From an uncultured Gemmatimonadota bacterium (lineage in GTDB: Bacteria > SM23-81 > DAOVCL01), in the NCBI GenBank assembly GCA_964626665.1, contig CAZVGK010000021.1, positions 1 through 57,515 on the forward strand: 57,515 bases of DNA. Reading direction: 5' to 3'. Shown here one piece after another: positions 47,723 through 57,515 of the stretch. Each line of letters opens with the position of its first letter. Positions within the stretch are counted from its first letter, which is position 1. The notes beneath the pieces are model-generated. The model made no database searches. It saw nothing but the letters and a program-made list of their open reading frames with translations, and was not told the origin of the DNA. A program made the position numbers and the translations under genes.

Positions 47723-49024
47723 CTATGATTTTAAGAATAAGGATTTTATTTGAAAATAATACGAATATAAATCATTACTATTAATAATCATTATGTTTCT
47801 AACTTTTTCCCCGGTTGTTCTTGCGAACAAAAATAAAACTAATACAAAGGATAATGAATAACTTAAGGTGGTAGATAAGGCAGCCCCAAGAATATAATAT
47901 CTTGGGATAAATAATATGTTGAGGACTATGTTTAAAACAAGACACACTGCGCTAATAACGGCCAATATTTCATGTTTGTTTATACTCATGAAATATCTTG
48001 CTAGTATTTTGTAACCAGACATGAAGATAATACCTGGCAAAAGAAAAGGCACAGCTTTAAATCCTGGAGTATATCCTTTTCCATATAAGATATCGATTAT
48101 AGAGTGTCCAAATAGGAATATTATTACTGCCCCTGATGTGGTTAAAAACATAACATTTCTACAAACAATGCTGCTCAATTCCTGCATATCTCCTTTTGCC
48201 TTATCAATTAATGTCGGAAATAGAACAAATCCTGCGGAATCAGGAAGATAAAACAATAAAGCTACTAATCCTACAGCAATGGAGTAATATGCTACCTGAG
48301 TAGGAGTTAAAAAATATGCAATTAAGAATTTGTCTATATTGTAATGTAAATAGCCAGTCATGTTGATGGCATAGGCTTTTCGTGCAAAAGGAATTGCTTT
48401 TTTTATCAAACGAGTATTAAATTTGAAATTTAATTTAACATTTTTATTTACTATGATTATAAATATTAAAGCAGTTACTATTATAATAAGTGTGTATACA
48501 ACTACTAACCCTGTTAATCCCGCATTAAATAAGATTAATATCACAAAAACTCCACAAAATATAAATACCCCTCGCAATATAGATAGGTAGTTTAATGTAC
48601 CGATTTTATCGATTGAAACTAGGCCACTTCCAAAATACAATATAATAAGGGAGAAAGGACATATTGCGGTTACTATCAGGAGATGTTGGTACTGAACACC
48701 TTTCAATATTGTTGTTAAAATAATCTTATTGGATATTAGGACTAGAAAAACTGTTATTGATCCAGTCAAAATAGCCATCCAAAGAAAACTAGATAAAATA
48801 GTTGAGACTTCTTTTTTGTTCGTTTTAACAGAATAAACAATAGCAGGCGAAAATCCAAAGTTATTGACCGACTGCAGACTAGCAGGAAATTCCACAAGGA
48901 GAGACCATAGCCCTCTATTATAAGGGCCAAGATAACGTGCGGTAATTATTCCAGTAGCAGTTCGGATTATTCTTCCTGATACCCGGGCACCAAAAACTCC
49001 CAAAACGCGTTTTGCAAATTTCAT
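47723..49024 (-). CDS. Wzx-type polysaccharide flippase
   Basis: ARYLGP...G, about 12 TM helices, LFIPRY.ILGAA. Confidence 0.85.
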   Translation of the reverse strand: MKFAKRVLGVFGARVSGRIIRTATGIITARYLGPYNRGLWSLLVEFPASLQSVNNFGFSPAIVYSVKTNKKEVSTILSSFLWMAILTGSITVFLVLISNKIILTTILKGVQYQHLLIVTAICPFSLIILYFGSGLVSIDKIGTLNYLSILRGVFIFCGVFVILILFNAGLTGLVVVYTLIIIVTALIFIIIVNKNVKLNFKFNTRLIKKAIPFARKAYAINMTGYLHYNIDKFLIAYFLTPTQVAYYSIAVGLVALLFYLPDSAGFVLFPTLIDKAKGDMQELSSIVCRNVMFLTTSGAVIIFLFGHSIIDILYGKGYTPGFKAVPFLLPGIIFMSGYKILARYFMSINKHEILAVISAVCLVLNIVLNILFIPRYYILGAALSTTLSYSLSFVLVLFLFARTTGEKVRNIMIINSNDLYSYYFQIKSLFLKS

Positions 49025-49096
49025 AAAATTAACATGGGCTTAAAAAAAGGTGAGGACCCAAAAAATATTTCAGGTTGACCTAAAATTGTTAACTGA

Positions 49097-49654
49097 TTAA
49101 CGGACACATAGCTCCCCATTTGCATCTCTGTATCTATCTGTGAGCTTGGGATAAAACTCTATCCACTTACTGACTCTGTCTCTTTCTCTTTTTAGATCGA
49201 TTCCACCTGTTCTCTGTTCAGCTCTTAGAAAATTTCCTAAAATATTTGATACACCTGAGATAAAAACAAGAACGGCTACTAAGGACAGGATATTCAAAAG
49301 CTTAGGGTCACCAAAAAGGAAGAAGATACCCTTGTTCCGACTAATAAAAAATGTCACTACACAAGAAAACAAAAGGGAAACAAAAAAGAAAGTAGAGTAA
49401 AACTGAGATTGAGATTCAGCCCTTTCCTGAGCCTTAACTTCTCCATAAAACCTAACTACTGAATGTTGCATTCCAAGCTTTGCAAAGGTCATAGAGAGTA
49501 AAATTGTAACATTGGCCAAGCTTAGAATTCCATAATCGCTAACTGCAAAAACCCATGTAAGTATAGGGAAAGAAATAAGTCCGGATGCCATGCCGAGGAT
49601 GTTTGCCAAGGAATAGTGAGAAGATTGCTTAAGGAATCTCCCAATATCAGTCAT
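49097..49654 (-). pseudogene. Truncated second flippase fused to an unrelated fragment
   Basis: Wzx N-terminus (FPILT...DYG) ends at LRAEQR, then the soluble tail RERDRVSKWIEFYPKLTDRYRDANG. Confidence 0.65.
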
Positions 49655-49703
49655 CTGTCCGTTATCAACCTCCGTTAACTTTTTCAAATTTGAACCAAGC
49701 ATA

Positions 49704-50735
49704 TTAGAAGAAACTGAGATGAGATTTTTCCGATGCAGTTATCACATCTTCCATTGACAAATCCAACATCTTCAAAAAAATTTCCAAGACCTCGGGCTTG
49801 CTATTTGATTCCTCAGCTTTTGCTCGTTCAAGAGCTTCATCCCTCATCATTTGCTTCGCCCTGACCATAGCACTGTATTTTGTGGTTTTCTCACCAAATC
49901 CCCACTTTTTGACTACCAGATAGTTTTTTACCGGAGCAAAGAGGCAATCAACATGGTCCTTAGATGGTGACTCTCCCTTGCTCCATCCCACTTCCCTCTC
50001 AACAGTTTCCTTTATAACCTTATCATCCCAGTCCAGATAATCAGGGAGGTTTATTCCTCTCCTGTATCTGTTTAATCTGAAGTGCTTCAACCTCCGCAAA
50101 ACTGCTTGGAATTTGGTAGAGGCCAAAAAATCCTCATATTCCTCAGGAGTGATTAAATCACCAACTACTTTCTTGAAGAATTGATTGTTATAAGAATATA
50201 TTTTAGCTCCCCTGGATTCAATCTGAGCTGAAAATCCAGAGATTATTAAAGGGACATCCTCCTGTTTCGCGATTCTATAAACAGTTGCCCAGATACCCAT
50301 ATCACAAGGCCAACAGAACTGCCCAGCAGTCCGGAGGAAATGGGCATAAAGCTTCTTCATTAAGCTCCACGGCGGGCCATAACTGGCAAACCCAACATCA
50401 AGAGTTCGCACTGTTCTTTCTATATTCTTATAGGCTGCCTCAGTCTGGAGCCCATTTTTGAAGTTTACTGTCAGCACTTTTAGACCATAAACCTTTCGGA
50501 GGAGATAGACCGTGTAAGTGCTATCTTTTCCCCCACTGAAAGGAACTATACAGTCATACTTTTTGCCTCGCTTTTTAGCCCAATTGAATATTCCAATCAA
50601 CTCATCTTGCAGCTTGTTCAGATCCCTCCCCCCCCACTTTTCGTCATACTCATGGCATTTGTTGCAGACACCGTTTTCGTCAAAAGTTATATCCGGGTAA
50701 GTCTCCGGTAAAATACATCTGCTACATCTTTTCAT
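49704..50735 (-). CDS. N-acetyl sugar amidotransferase (PP-loop, WbpG-like)
   Basis: CSRCIL...GVCNKC, YDCIVPFSGGKDS, CWPCD. Confidence 0.82.
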   Translation of the reverse strand: MKRCSRCILPETYPDITFDENGVCNKCHEYDEKWGGRDLNKLQDELIGIFNWAKKRGKKYDCIVPFSGGKDSTYTVYLLRKVYGLKVLTVNFKNGLQTEAAYKNIERTVRTLDVGFASYGPPWSLMKKLYAHFLRTAGQFCWPCDMGIWATVYRIAKQEDVPLIISGFSAQIESRGAKIYSYNNQFFKKVVGDLITPEEYEDFLASTKFQAVLRRLKHFRLNRYRRGINLPDYLDWDDKVIKETVEREVGWSKGESPSKDHVDCLFAPVKNYLVVKKWGFGEKTTKYSAMVRAKQMMRDEALERAKAEESNSKPEVLEIFLKMLDLSMEDVITASEKSHLSFF

Positions 50736-50751
50736 AATTTTGCTTTCCCTT

Positions 50752-50951
50752 CTAGCGAAGCTTCGCCTCAAACCGTCCAGCTATGGCAGCATAAACTGGG
50801 CGAAGCTTCGAATGTAAAATGAAGAATGTAGAATTAAGAATGAAAAAAACCTGAAGGCGAGGGCCTGGGGCTAAGCCTATCCTCCACCTCTTTCCTTCTG
50901 TCCTCAAAACTTGACACAAATTTTAAGATCTTGCCTTATGAAGCAGGCTAG
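50752..50951. mobile_element. 200-bp MITE-like element, copy A
   Basis: Bounded by CTAG on both sides; inverted copy at 55207-55405. Confidence 0.75.
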
Positions 50952-53242
50952 TCTGAAGCCTCCCAAGAAGTGGCGGATTCTGCAAATTTCTTCTTTAAAA
51001 ACCTGAGCGGAAAGACATCAAAAATCCCTGCCATCTGCAAGGCAAAATATGGCTCTAAAAACTCCCCTTTGAACCCCACAGAAATGCCTTCCGTCATACA
51101 AACTCTCCGCAGAGCAAACAGGTCAGTATTACCCTTATTGAATCCACTAATAAGAGTGCAGGCAGCGGAGAAACCACTATCCTTTAAAACCTGGATAATC
51201 TCACCATTGAAGTCATTCTTTGAACCGTTAGGATAGGCAAAAAACGAAATCTTTTCACTAAGTTTTCCCTCCAACAACTCTTTAGATTTCTCAATTTCAT
51301 ATTTGGCCTTCTCCAAAGGTAACCTGGTTAATATAGAATGGGATATTGTATGGGAGCCAAAGGATATACCATAACTCCTCATTTCTCCTATCTCTTTCCA
51401 GGAGAGCATTTGATCATTGAATTTCAAACTATGTGGATTGACTTTGAGTTCTTCTGACAGAAAATCCACCAGTTTCTGCATCCCTTGAGGGGGCAACTCT
51501 TTAGCATACGTGATAATATCATTGAGGGTTTTCTTTTTCATTGCTGGTGTGGACAATGGATATTTTCCTAAACCAAAACACTCCAGATTCAAAAACTCCT
51601 GGCTTGTTATTTCTATTATGCCGGTGATATTCTCAAACCATAAGGGAATTCTATCTTCAAGGGGCTGGAGAGTCAAAAATATTGTAGCCGGAGTTTTATA
51701 CTTTTTTAAAATCGGGAAAGCGTTTATGTAGTTATCTTTATAACCATCATCAAAGGTAATTACGAATAAATCTTCAGAAATAGGCTTATTGCTGCGGAGA
51801 AGCTGCACCGCTTCTTCCAGGCTGATAATTTTAAAATGTCGCTTTAAATATCTTATCTGAGATTCAAAGTTTGCTACTGAAGTATTGAGTGATAAATAAT
51901 CTGGACCACTATCATTTACCCGATGATAGGCCAAAATTTTAATTCCTCTTTGGTGAGGTAACAACCGCAATATTTCCCTTATAACTATAAATAGACCGGT
52001 ATAATACAAACTTGCACTCAATGAAAGCTTCATTAACTTAGAAAGGAACAATCTCACATCTCGTCTCTCTCTCTGAACACTACCCTCTCTTCTTATCATC
52101 ATCTTCTCTAATAAGGAGTCATACAGGGACTCTGTCTCCCTAATCATCTTTTCCAAAGGGAAATGTTGCTTTACCCTCTCTTTTCCAGCCATTCCCATTC
52201 TGTGAGCTAATGACTTATTCTCTAAAAGTTTAATAATCGCTTCTGCAAGAGCTTCGGGATTTTTAGGTGGTACTAAAAATCCCGTTTCCCCCTCTATTAT
52301 AGCTTCAAGATTCCCCCCTACATTCGTAGCCACAACAGGTTTCCCTGCAGCCATTGATTCTAATATAGTGTTTGAGAATCCTTCGCTTAAAGATGTTAAG
52401 ATTGAGATATCCATTATAGACAAAATCTTGGGAGTGTCAGACTGTCTTCCTGTAAAAAAGACATTTTCTCTAATTCCTAAAGTTTCAGAAAGTCTTATTG
52501 GATTATCCTCTAAAACCCCAATCCCTCTCCTATTATAACCAACGACAAGAAATTGTACTGTAGGTATTTCTTTTAAGATTATGGAGGCTGCTTCTAAAAA
52601 ATACTTATGCCCCTTTATTGGACGTAATACTGCTAATATTCCAACTACTGGCTGTTTTGAGTTCAGCCCTAAAGAGTGTCTTAACTGATCAGTATTTACT
52701 TCCTCAGAAAATCTTTCCAGTTCTACACCATTATAGATCGTAACTATTTTATCTTCTGGTGTAGTCTGTCTGCACACAATCATTTTTTTTACAGCATTTG
52801 AGACCGCTATTATTTTATTAAATACTAATTTATTGATAATTTTATAGACAAGAAAGTCCTTCTTTTTTAACTTATATCCCATATCTCGCCTATTCGAAAT
52901 TATAACAGGAACATTACATATTTTTGCAATCATTCCTCCCCAGAAATCGGAACTTTTATGATAAGTTACGATTACTTGGACATCCTCTCTTTTTATAAGT
53001 TTTATTAACCTAAATGTTTGTTTAAATGCATTTATATCATATATTTTTTTCATTTGTAGATTGATAACTTGGATTCCCTTTTGTTCTAAAATTTTTATTA
53101 CATCCCCACCTTGTAAACAACAAACAATAGGCCTATATTTATTCAAGTCCAACCCTGTTACAACGTGAAACAAGTTCTTTTCTGCACCAGCCATACCGAT
53201 AAAATTATCGATTAAGTAAAGGATAGTGATTTTTCCCATCAA
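50948..53242 (-). CDS. GT4 glycosyltransferase fused to a CE4 polysaccharide deacetylase
   Basis: N-terminal GT4 (EGFSNTILESMA) and C-terminal ILAYHRV, ITFDDGY, GSHTISH, FAYPNG. Confidence 0.88.
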   Translation of the reverse strand: MMGKITILYLIDNFIGMAGAEKNLFHVVTGLDLNKYRPIVCCLQGGDVIKILEQKGIQVINLQMKKIYDINAFKQTFRLIKLIKREDVQVIVTYHKSSDFWGGMIAKICNVPVIISNRRDMGYKLKKKDFLVYKIINKLVFNKIIAVSNAVKKMIVCRQTTPEDKIVTIYNGVELERFSEEVNTDQLRHSLGLNSKQPVVGILAVLRPIKGHKYFLEAASIILKEIPTVQFLVVGYNRRGIGVLEDNPIRLSETLGIRENVFFTGRQSDTPKILSIMDISILTSLSEGFSNTILESMAAGKPVVATNVGGNLEAIIEGETGFLVPPKNPEALAEAIIKLLENKSLAHRMGMAGKERVKQHFPLEKMIRETESLYDSLLEKMMIRREGSVQRERRDVRLFLSKLMKLSLSASLYYTGLFIVIREILRLLPHQRGIKILAYHRVNDSGPDYLSLNTSVANFESQIRYLKRHFKIISLEEAVQLLRSNKPISEDLFVITFDDGYKDNYINAFPILKKYKTPATIFLTLQPLEDRIPLWFENITGIIEITSQEFLNLECFGLGKYPLSTPAMKKKTLNDIITYAKELPPQGMQKLVDFLSEELKVNPHSLKFNDQMLSWKEIGEMRSYGISFGSHTISHSILTRLPLEKAKYEIEKSKELLEGKLSEKISFFAYPNGSKNDFNGEIIQVLKDSGFSAACTLISGFNKGNTDLFALRRVCMTEGISVGFKGEFLEPYFALQMAGIFDVFPLRFLKKKFAESATSWEASD

Positions 53243-53339
53243 CTGCTCTCTTCGTTTTTCTTATGTGAATTTAAGTTGTCTAGCAAATCTTTATTTTAGA
53301 GGGACTTTCCAATCATAGAATCACAGCCACTGAAAACGC

Positions 53340-55015
53340 TTATAGATAACCCAATCCTCTCAGAGCCTGTTTCATCTTCTCATCTTCCGCTTCTGATATA
53401 ACTTTCCCATCTTTCTTAGAAAGAGATTCTCTTTGAGAATGTTTGACAGGATTATTATTTATATAACCTTCACAAAGCATTCTGTCAGTACCTTTCCATC
53501 GACATCTATGGGAACAGGAATTCCCATCATGTACAGAACGGTAGGTAGAATGTCAATTATCTCTGCTCCCTTGATAATTTTATTTTTCCTTACGTTATTT
53601 CCTTTCAAGATGAGGATACCGTTTAGCTTGTGATTTCCAGTGCGCCATGGAGTGGGATCTGAAATAATCTCTTTGATGTTCTCTTTAGAGTGAAAGTAAC
53701 AAACCCTATTATCTGAGAAAAAAACTAAATCTGGTGCTTTCTCAAAACATTCACCGAAATAAATTGGAAGCGTCCCAGAAAGTTGACATACTTACTCTAA
53801 AACTGTGGTGTGGATGCCACGCAGAACTATCCTGCAATGGCCTCTGAGTGATAAAGTCTTCCTCCAATACTGCCTTAGGCCCTCTTCATCAAACACCCTC
53901 TTCCAAAGAAGCTTGATGAGGTTCAGTGCTCCTCTGTCCGTCCAACTGCCACCAACCTTCTTTATCCTCCTTGCTAACTCCCTAATCCATCTCTCTATGT
54001 AACCTGTAGTCCGGGAAACCTGCTCACCAGAACTCAATAATAACTTCACATAGGTGAAGATACTCCCTGAAAGCCTCTCCACATACACAGCAGATGTCCT
54101 TAACCCCCGCTTGTCCAGCTCCTTGACTAAATCAGATAAGGCCCCCGTACTCTCCTCAAGCCTCTTGGCCAACGCCTCCCTGTCCTCTTCACTTAACTTC
54201 CCTCTCGGCCTTATCTTCAATATCTCCCTAAATTGCCTCCCCAAAGCATCCCTCGCTTCCTTGGTAAGTCCATCCCGCCAAAGCATGAACCCTAAATCCT
54301 TCTCCGCATGCCATATACACCTCTGATGCTCCATCCCCTTAAATAATAGATGCCTCTCTATCGTAGTGTTTCAGTAAAATATAGACAGTTGTGATTTTTT
54401 TAGGTTAGGGCAGAGATGAATGTTATATTATAAAAAAATCCCAAGGTTCGTCTTTTAGCAGCTTAAGAGCAACCTTTGCTCTCACTTTTAGCATTGCCAA
54501 TATCTGATTATATAAAGATTCTAAACGGTTTTGTTCTATCAGTTGCCAGGTGGGTTTTGTGATGTAATCCTTTTTGCGTAAGCAATGTTTTTCAAACAGA
54601 TCAGGAGGGAAAACAAATTTTTCACTAAAAACACTTGGAGTTGTCAGGCCACATGAAATCATAAAACCGTCTACTCTTTCTGCAGGGTAGGTAAAATGAA
54701 GCCAACTTTTTTATTGTAGTTATTTAATATTCGCCAAATTGGCGTTCCGTTTCGAACTGTAGCATCGATAGTAGAACATCTATATGTTCCATCAACTCTG
54801 TATATAAACCCAAATACTCCAGTCTTACCTGGGTTTCTCCCGGTTAGAAACGAAGTCCAAGCACAAGGTGATATGAGGGGGATTGTAGATTTTAGCTGAC
54901 CTGATATCCCTTCATTAATAAGTTTGCTTAAATTCGGCAATTTGTTTCCACGCAACCACGGATTTATCAAGTCAAAGGTTGCAGCATCTAATCCAATCAC
55001 TAAAGCTCTAGTCAT
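53340..55015 (-). pseudogene. Alkaline-phosphatase-superfamily (type I phosphodiesterase-like) gene, frameshifted and IS-interrupted
   Basis: N-terminus VIGLDAA...SPCAWTSFLTG.NPG; C-terminal pieces APDLV, TGNHK.NGILI, DILPTVL, LRGLGYL*. Confidence 0.8.
53767..54420 (-). mobile_element. ISH6/UPF0236-like transposase 3' fragment (ORF 53792-54334) with IS-end-like sequences
   Basis: QRCIWH, RTTGYIERWIRELARRIK..GGSW; end-like GAAGCGTCCCAGAAAGTTGACA and GTAGTGTTTCAGTAAAATATAGACA. Confidence 0.65.
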
Positions 55016-55206
55016 TATTTTTTCTCCTTAACTTGCTATAACTTCTTTTGGGATTGGTATTTGTCGTGATTATAACTTTTAGCAGTAATTAATTTAGTTA
55101 AGTGTCGTATCCAGAAAGACATAGAAATTATATTTATTTGAAAATGTTGACTGTTATAGAACAAATCGGCTTTGTTTCGCGGTAAAAAACTTATCAGTAA
55201 AGTTTA

Positions 55207-55405
55207 CTAGCCTGCTTCATAAGGCAACTTCTTAAAATTTGTGTCAAGTTTTGGGGGCAGGAAGAAAGATGTAGACAATGAGCTTAGCCCCAGGCCCCTC
55301 GGCTTTAGGTTTTTTCATTCTTAATTCTACATTCTTCATTTTACATTCGAAGCTTCGCCCAGTTTATGCTGCCATAGCTCAACGGTTTGAGGCGAAGCTT
55401 CGCTA
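55207..55405. mobile_element. 200-bp MITE-like element, copy B (inverted)
   Basis: Reverse complement of 50752-50951. Confidence 0.75.
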
Positions 55406-55417
55406 TATTATTTGGTC

Positions 55418-56644
55418 CTATATCCATTTAGAGACAACAGCCAAGGTGCTTTTTAAGTTAAAGAAGAATTTCTTGGTGAAATGCTTCATAAGCATCAAAA
55501 ACAAGAAAAAGGTGGGGGCAGGATCGCTTATTCTAGATATGGCAAGGCTCCTAATGCCTTTCAATGAAGTTATCCACGCATTAAGAGAAAGATCCCCTCT
55601 TTTGAAATACCTATAACTTGCACCGATATCTAATTCTTCGTTTATCCACCGGATTCTTCTCTGGTTATAAATTACTTGAATATGTCTTTTCTTGGTTGGA
55701 TCATAATTGGTTAAATCATAAAAGGCTATTGCACATAAATTAACTCCTGATGCTGTACATAGTGTATGCCACAGACCTGTTCTAGCATTTATTTCTATAA
55801 TCTTAAATTTATTGTCTCTAGGATCTTTTTTAAATTCTATATCACAGAGTCCTTTAAATTTCATTTTCTTCAACGTTGAGATACTTAGATCTAGCAAAAA
55901 TCCATCACTGATGCTTTCAGCTAAACTCGTTACACCAAACCCTGGTGGGTATTGTCTTATTTTTCTTCCTAACGAAACACCCTTTGGTTTGGCATCTAAT
56001 CCAAAGTATGCGCCACAAAAGTAAATTGTATCGTCCTTGCCGGAAATTACTTCTTGTATCATGATTTGTTCAAACATGTCGTTTACACTCTTACAAATTT
56101 TTAGGAGTTCCCTTTGAGATTCGGCCAAAAGGACCTTTTTGTTAAACCTGTCTTCAAATAATCTGGTAAGTGCAGGTTTGATTATACAGGGATATCCTAT
56201 GTTACTAGAAATCCTTGATAACTCTTCCATAGTACTAAAATAATATGTCTTAGGATACGGAATACCAAGGACCTCACAAGTTCTGTAAAACTCTTTTTTG
56301 TTAACTATTTTCTCCAAAAGATTCCTTTCTGGTAAAGCAAATAAGAAATATCGTCCTAGAATTTCCCTATTCCTAGAAATAAATAAGATATAATCATCAC
56401 TTTCAGCAAATAAGACTATTCTTCTTTTTATTTTATTGCCAAAATCTATTAAAAACTGTAAAAGTTTTTCCTCCTCATTGATATCCGGAGATCGAATAGG
56501 AATGCAATACCTTGAAAAACGGCCAATCTCCCTATTGTCTTGGTAAAATCCGACGGTTTTAATTCCTTCCTTGGCTAGGCTTCTAATGATACCCAAACCA
56601 TTTACCCAAAGTCCTAGAATAACTGCAGTCGGCGTCTCATGCAT
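55418..56644 (-). CDS. ATP-grasp carboxylate-amine ligase (D-aspartate-ligase-like)
   Basis: NGLGIIRSL, SRYC, YPCIIKP, QEVISG, EFKKDPRD, EINAR. Confidence 0.8.
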   Translation of the reverse strand: MHETPTAVILGLWVNGLGIIRSLAKEGIKTVGFYQDNREIGRFSRYCIPIRSPDINEEEKLLQFLIDFGNKIKRRIVLFAESDDYILFISRNREILGRYFLFALPERNLLEKIVNKKEFYRTCEVLGIPYPKTYYFSTMEELSRISSNIGYPCIIKPALTRLFEDRFNKKVLLAESQRELLKICKSVNDMFEQIMIQEVISGKDDTIYFCGAYFGLDAKPKGVSLGRKIRQYPPGFGVTSLAESISDGFLLDLSISTLKKMKFKGLCDIEFKKDPRDNKFKIIEINARTGLWHTLCTASGVNLCAIAFYDLTNYDPTKKRHIQVIYNQRRIRWINEELDIGASYRYFKRGDLSLNAWITSLKGIRSLAISRISDPAPTFFLFLMLMKHFTKKFFFNLKSTLAVVSKWI

Positions 56645-56664
56645 TGGAACCTTTTGTTAGTTGT

Positions 56665-57345
56665 TCAATTTTCCTGCCTGTTCAAAGAAAATCTATGCAA
56701 TCTGGGTAATATTTTATTTTTTGAACCAAAAAATGAAAACGAAATATAGGGTTGAGCGTATCTCTCCCTGTTCCAGGGCCAATCTCGCCACTTATTATCG
56801 GAAGTCAGACCGCCCTCTGTCACAATGAAATGCCCGTGAGGATTCCACTTGATATCATAACCAAAAGTATGAATGAAGCTAATCATTCCATGCTTAACAA
56901 TCCCCTTTTCCATCCCCCACAAGCGAATAACCTTCTCCCCAGTTTTGGGAATCAATTTCAGTAAACCTCGCGCATAAGCAAAAATACCCCATAACACCTC
57001 AGGCATGGTAAAAATGATATGACGATGAGCTACGTTTAATACTTTGGACCTGGCTTTCCTAACCCAATTCTCCGTCCGCCGATAGCCACATCTATTGCAA
57101 AAACTTTTGCCACAGGAGAAACCCACTTTATGTTCAAAACCGCAATCTTCACACTTATGAACTGAATAACCGTTCTTAATATCGCCACAGAGCATAACCG
57201 CCCTTAGAACTTCTCGAAGATAAACAGAACGGGCTGATTCATATCTATCTAAAATTTGCCAAACTAATCCATTATGAGTAAGAATATCTAAAATCTTATA
57301 TAGACTCTTTCTTGGAGCTTTCTTGATAGCCTTTAGGGGTCTCAT
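56665..57345 (-). pseudogene. Truncated IS91-family transposase
   Basis: Zn-binding CEDC...SCGKSFCNRCG, HRHIIFT, HTFG...WNPHGHFIVTEGG; ends before the Y2 catalytic motif. Confidence 0.8.
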
Positions 57346-57515
57346 ACCCTAAAGATAATCGATTTATCCAATTTGGCAATTTTTTTGTACCCCTTTAGAT
57401 AACTACTTTACAAATACTTAAACGTAAGAATTCTTAAAAAAGGCAGAGTAAATTCCTATCCAGAGGCTGTTTAAAAATAGAATTTTCGTCCTATGATCAG
57501 AGGTTCCCATCCGGC

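Noticed and set aside
55278-55616. 112-aa ORF, and the 88-aa ORF at 42522-42788
   Set aside because: Translations of MITE/short-period repeats
57449-57462. AAATTCCTATCC as oriIS of the IS91-like remnant
   Set aside because: Wrong side and strand for a minus-strand transposase; too short to support

Overview
57.5-kb bacterial chromosomal segment, almost all genes on the minus strand. The QNxPNPFN/FlgD-type C-terminal domains and gene mix suggest an FCB-associated, probably uncultured lineage (low-confidence inference). (1) 1-1.2 kb: IS 3' end and nested MITEs. (2) 1.2-23.8 kb: higher-GC core genes. These include a putative operon DUF3467 / ParA-CBM48 fusion / Walker-A-dead MinD-like protein with an N-terminal GRGL peptide / hypothetical / GH57 branching enzyme, a candidate glycogen-positioning system. 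Also uvrB, rel, IPCT-DIPPS, a Big_5 lipoprotein, uvrA, a methyltransferase, ffh, leuCD/hacAB-like genes and an MtaD-like deaminase, with intergenic spaces packed with nested REP/MITE families. (3) 23.8-29.6 kb: an array of two full and two internally deleted RAYT-type HUH transposase elements, each bounded by inverted 23-bp hairpin sites and interleaved with six toxin-antitoxin modules, most with a broken or missing toxin. (4) 29.6-35.5 kb: three secreted proteins downstream of a sigma54-like promoter. (5) 36-56.6 kb: low-GC exosortase/EpsI-associated exopolysaccharide locus with pseudogenes, MITEs and a small cassette insertion. (6) A truncated IS91-family transposase. No CRISPR array, tRNA or rRNA was seen.
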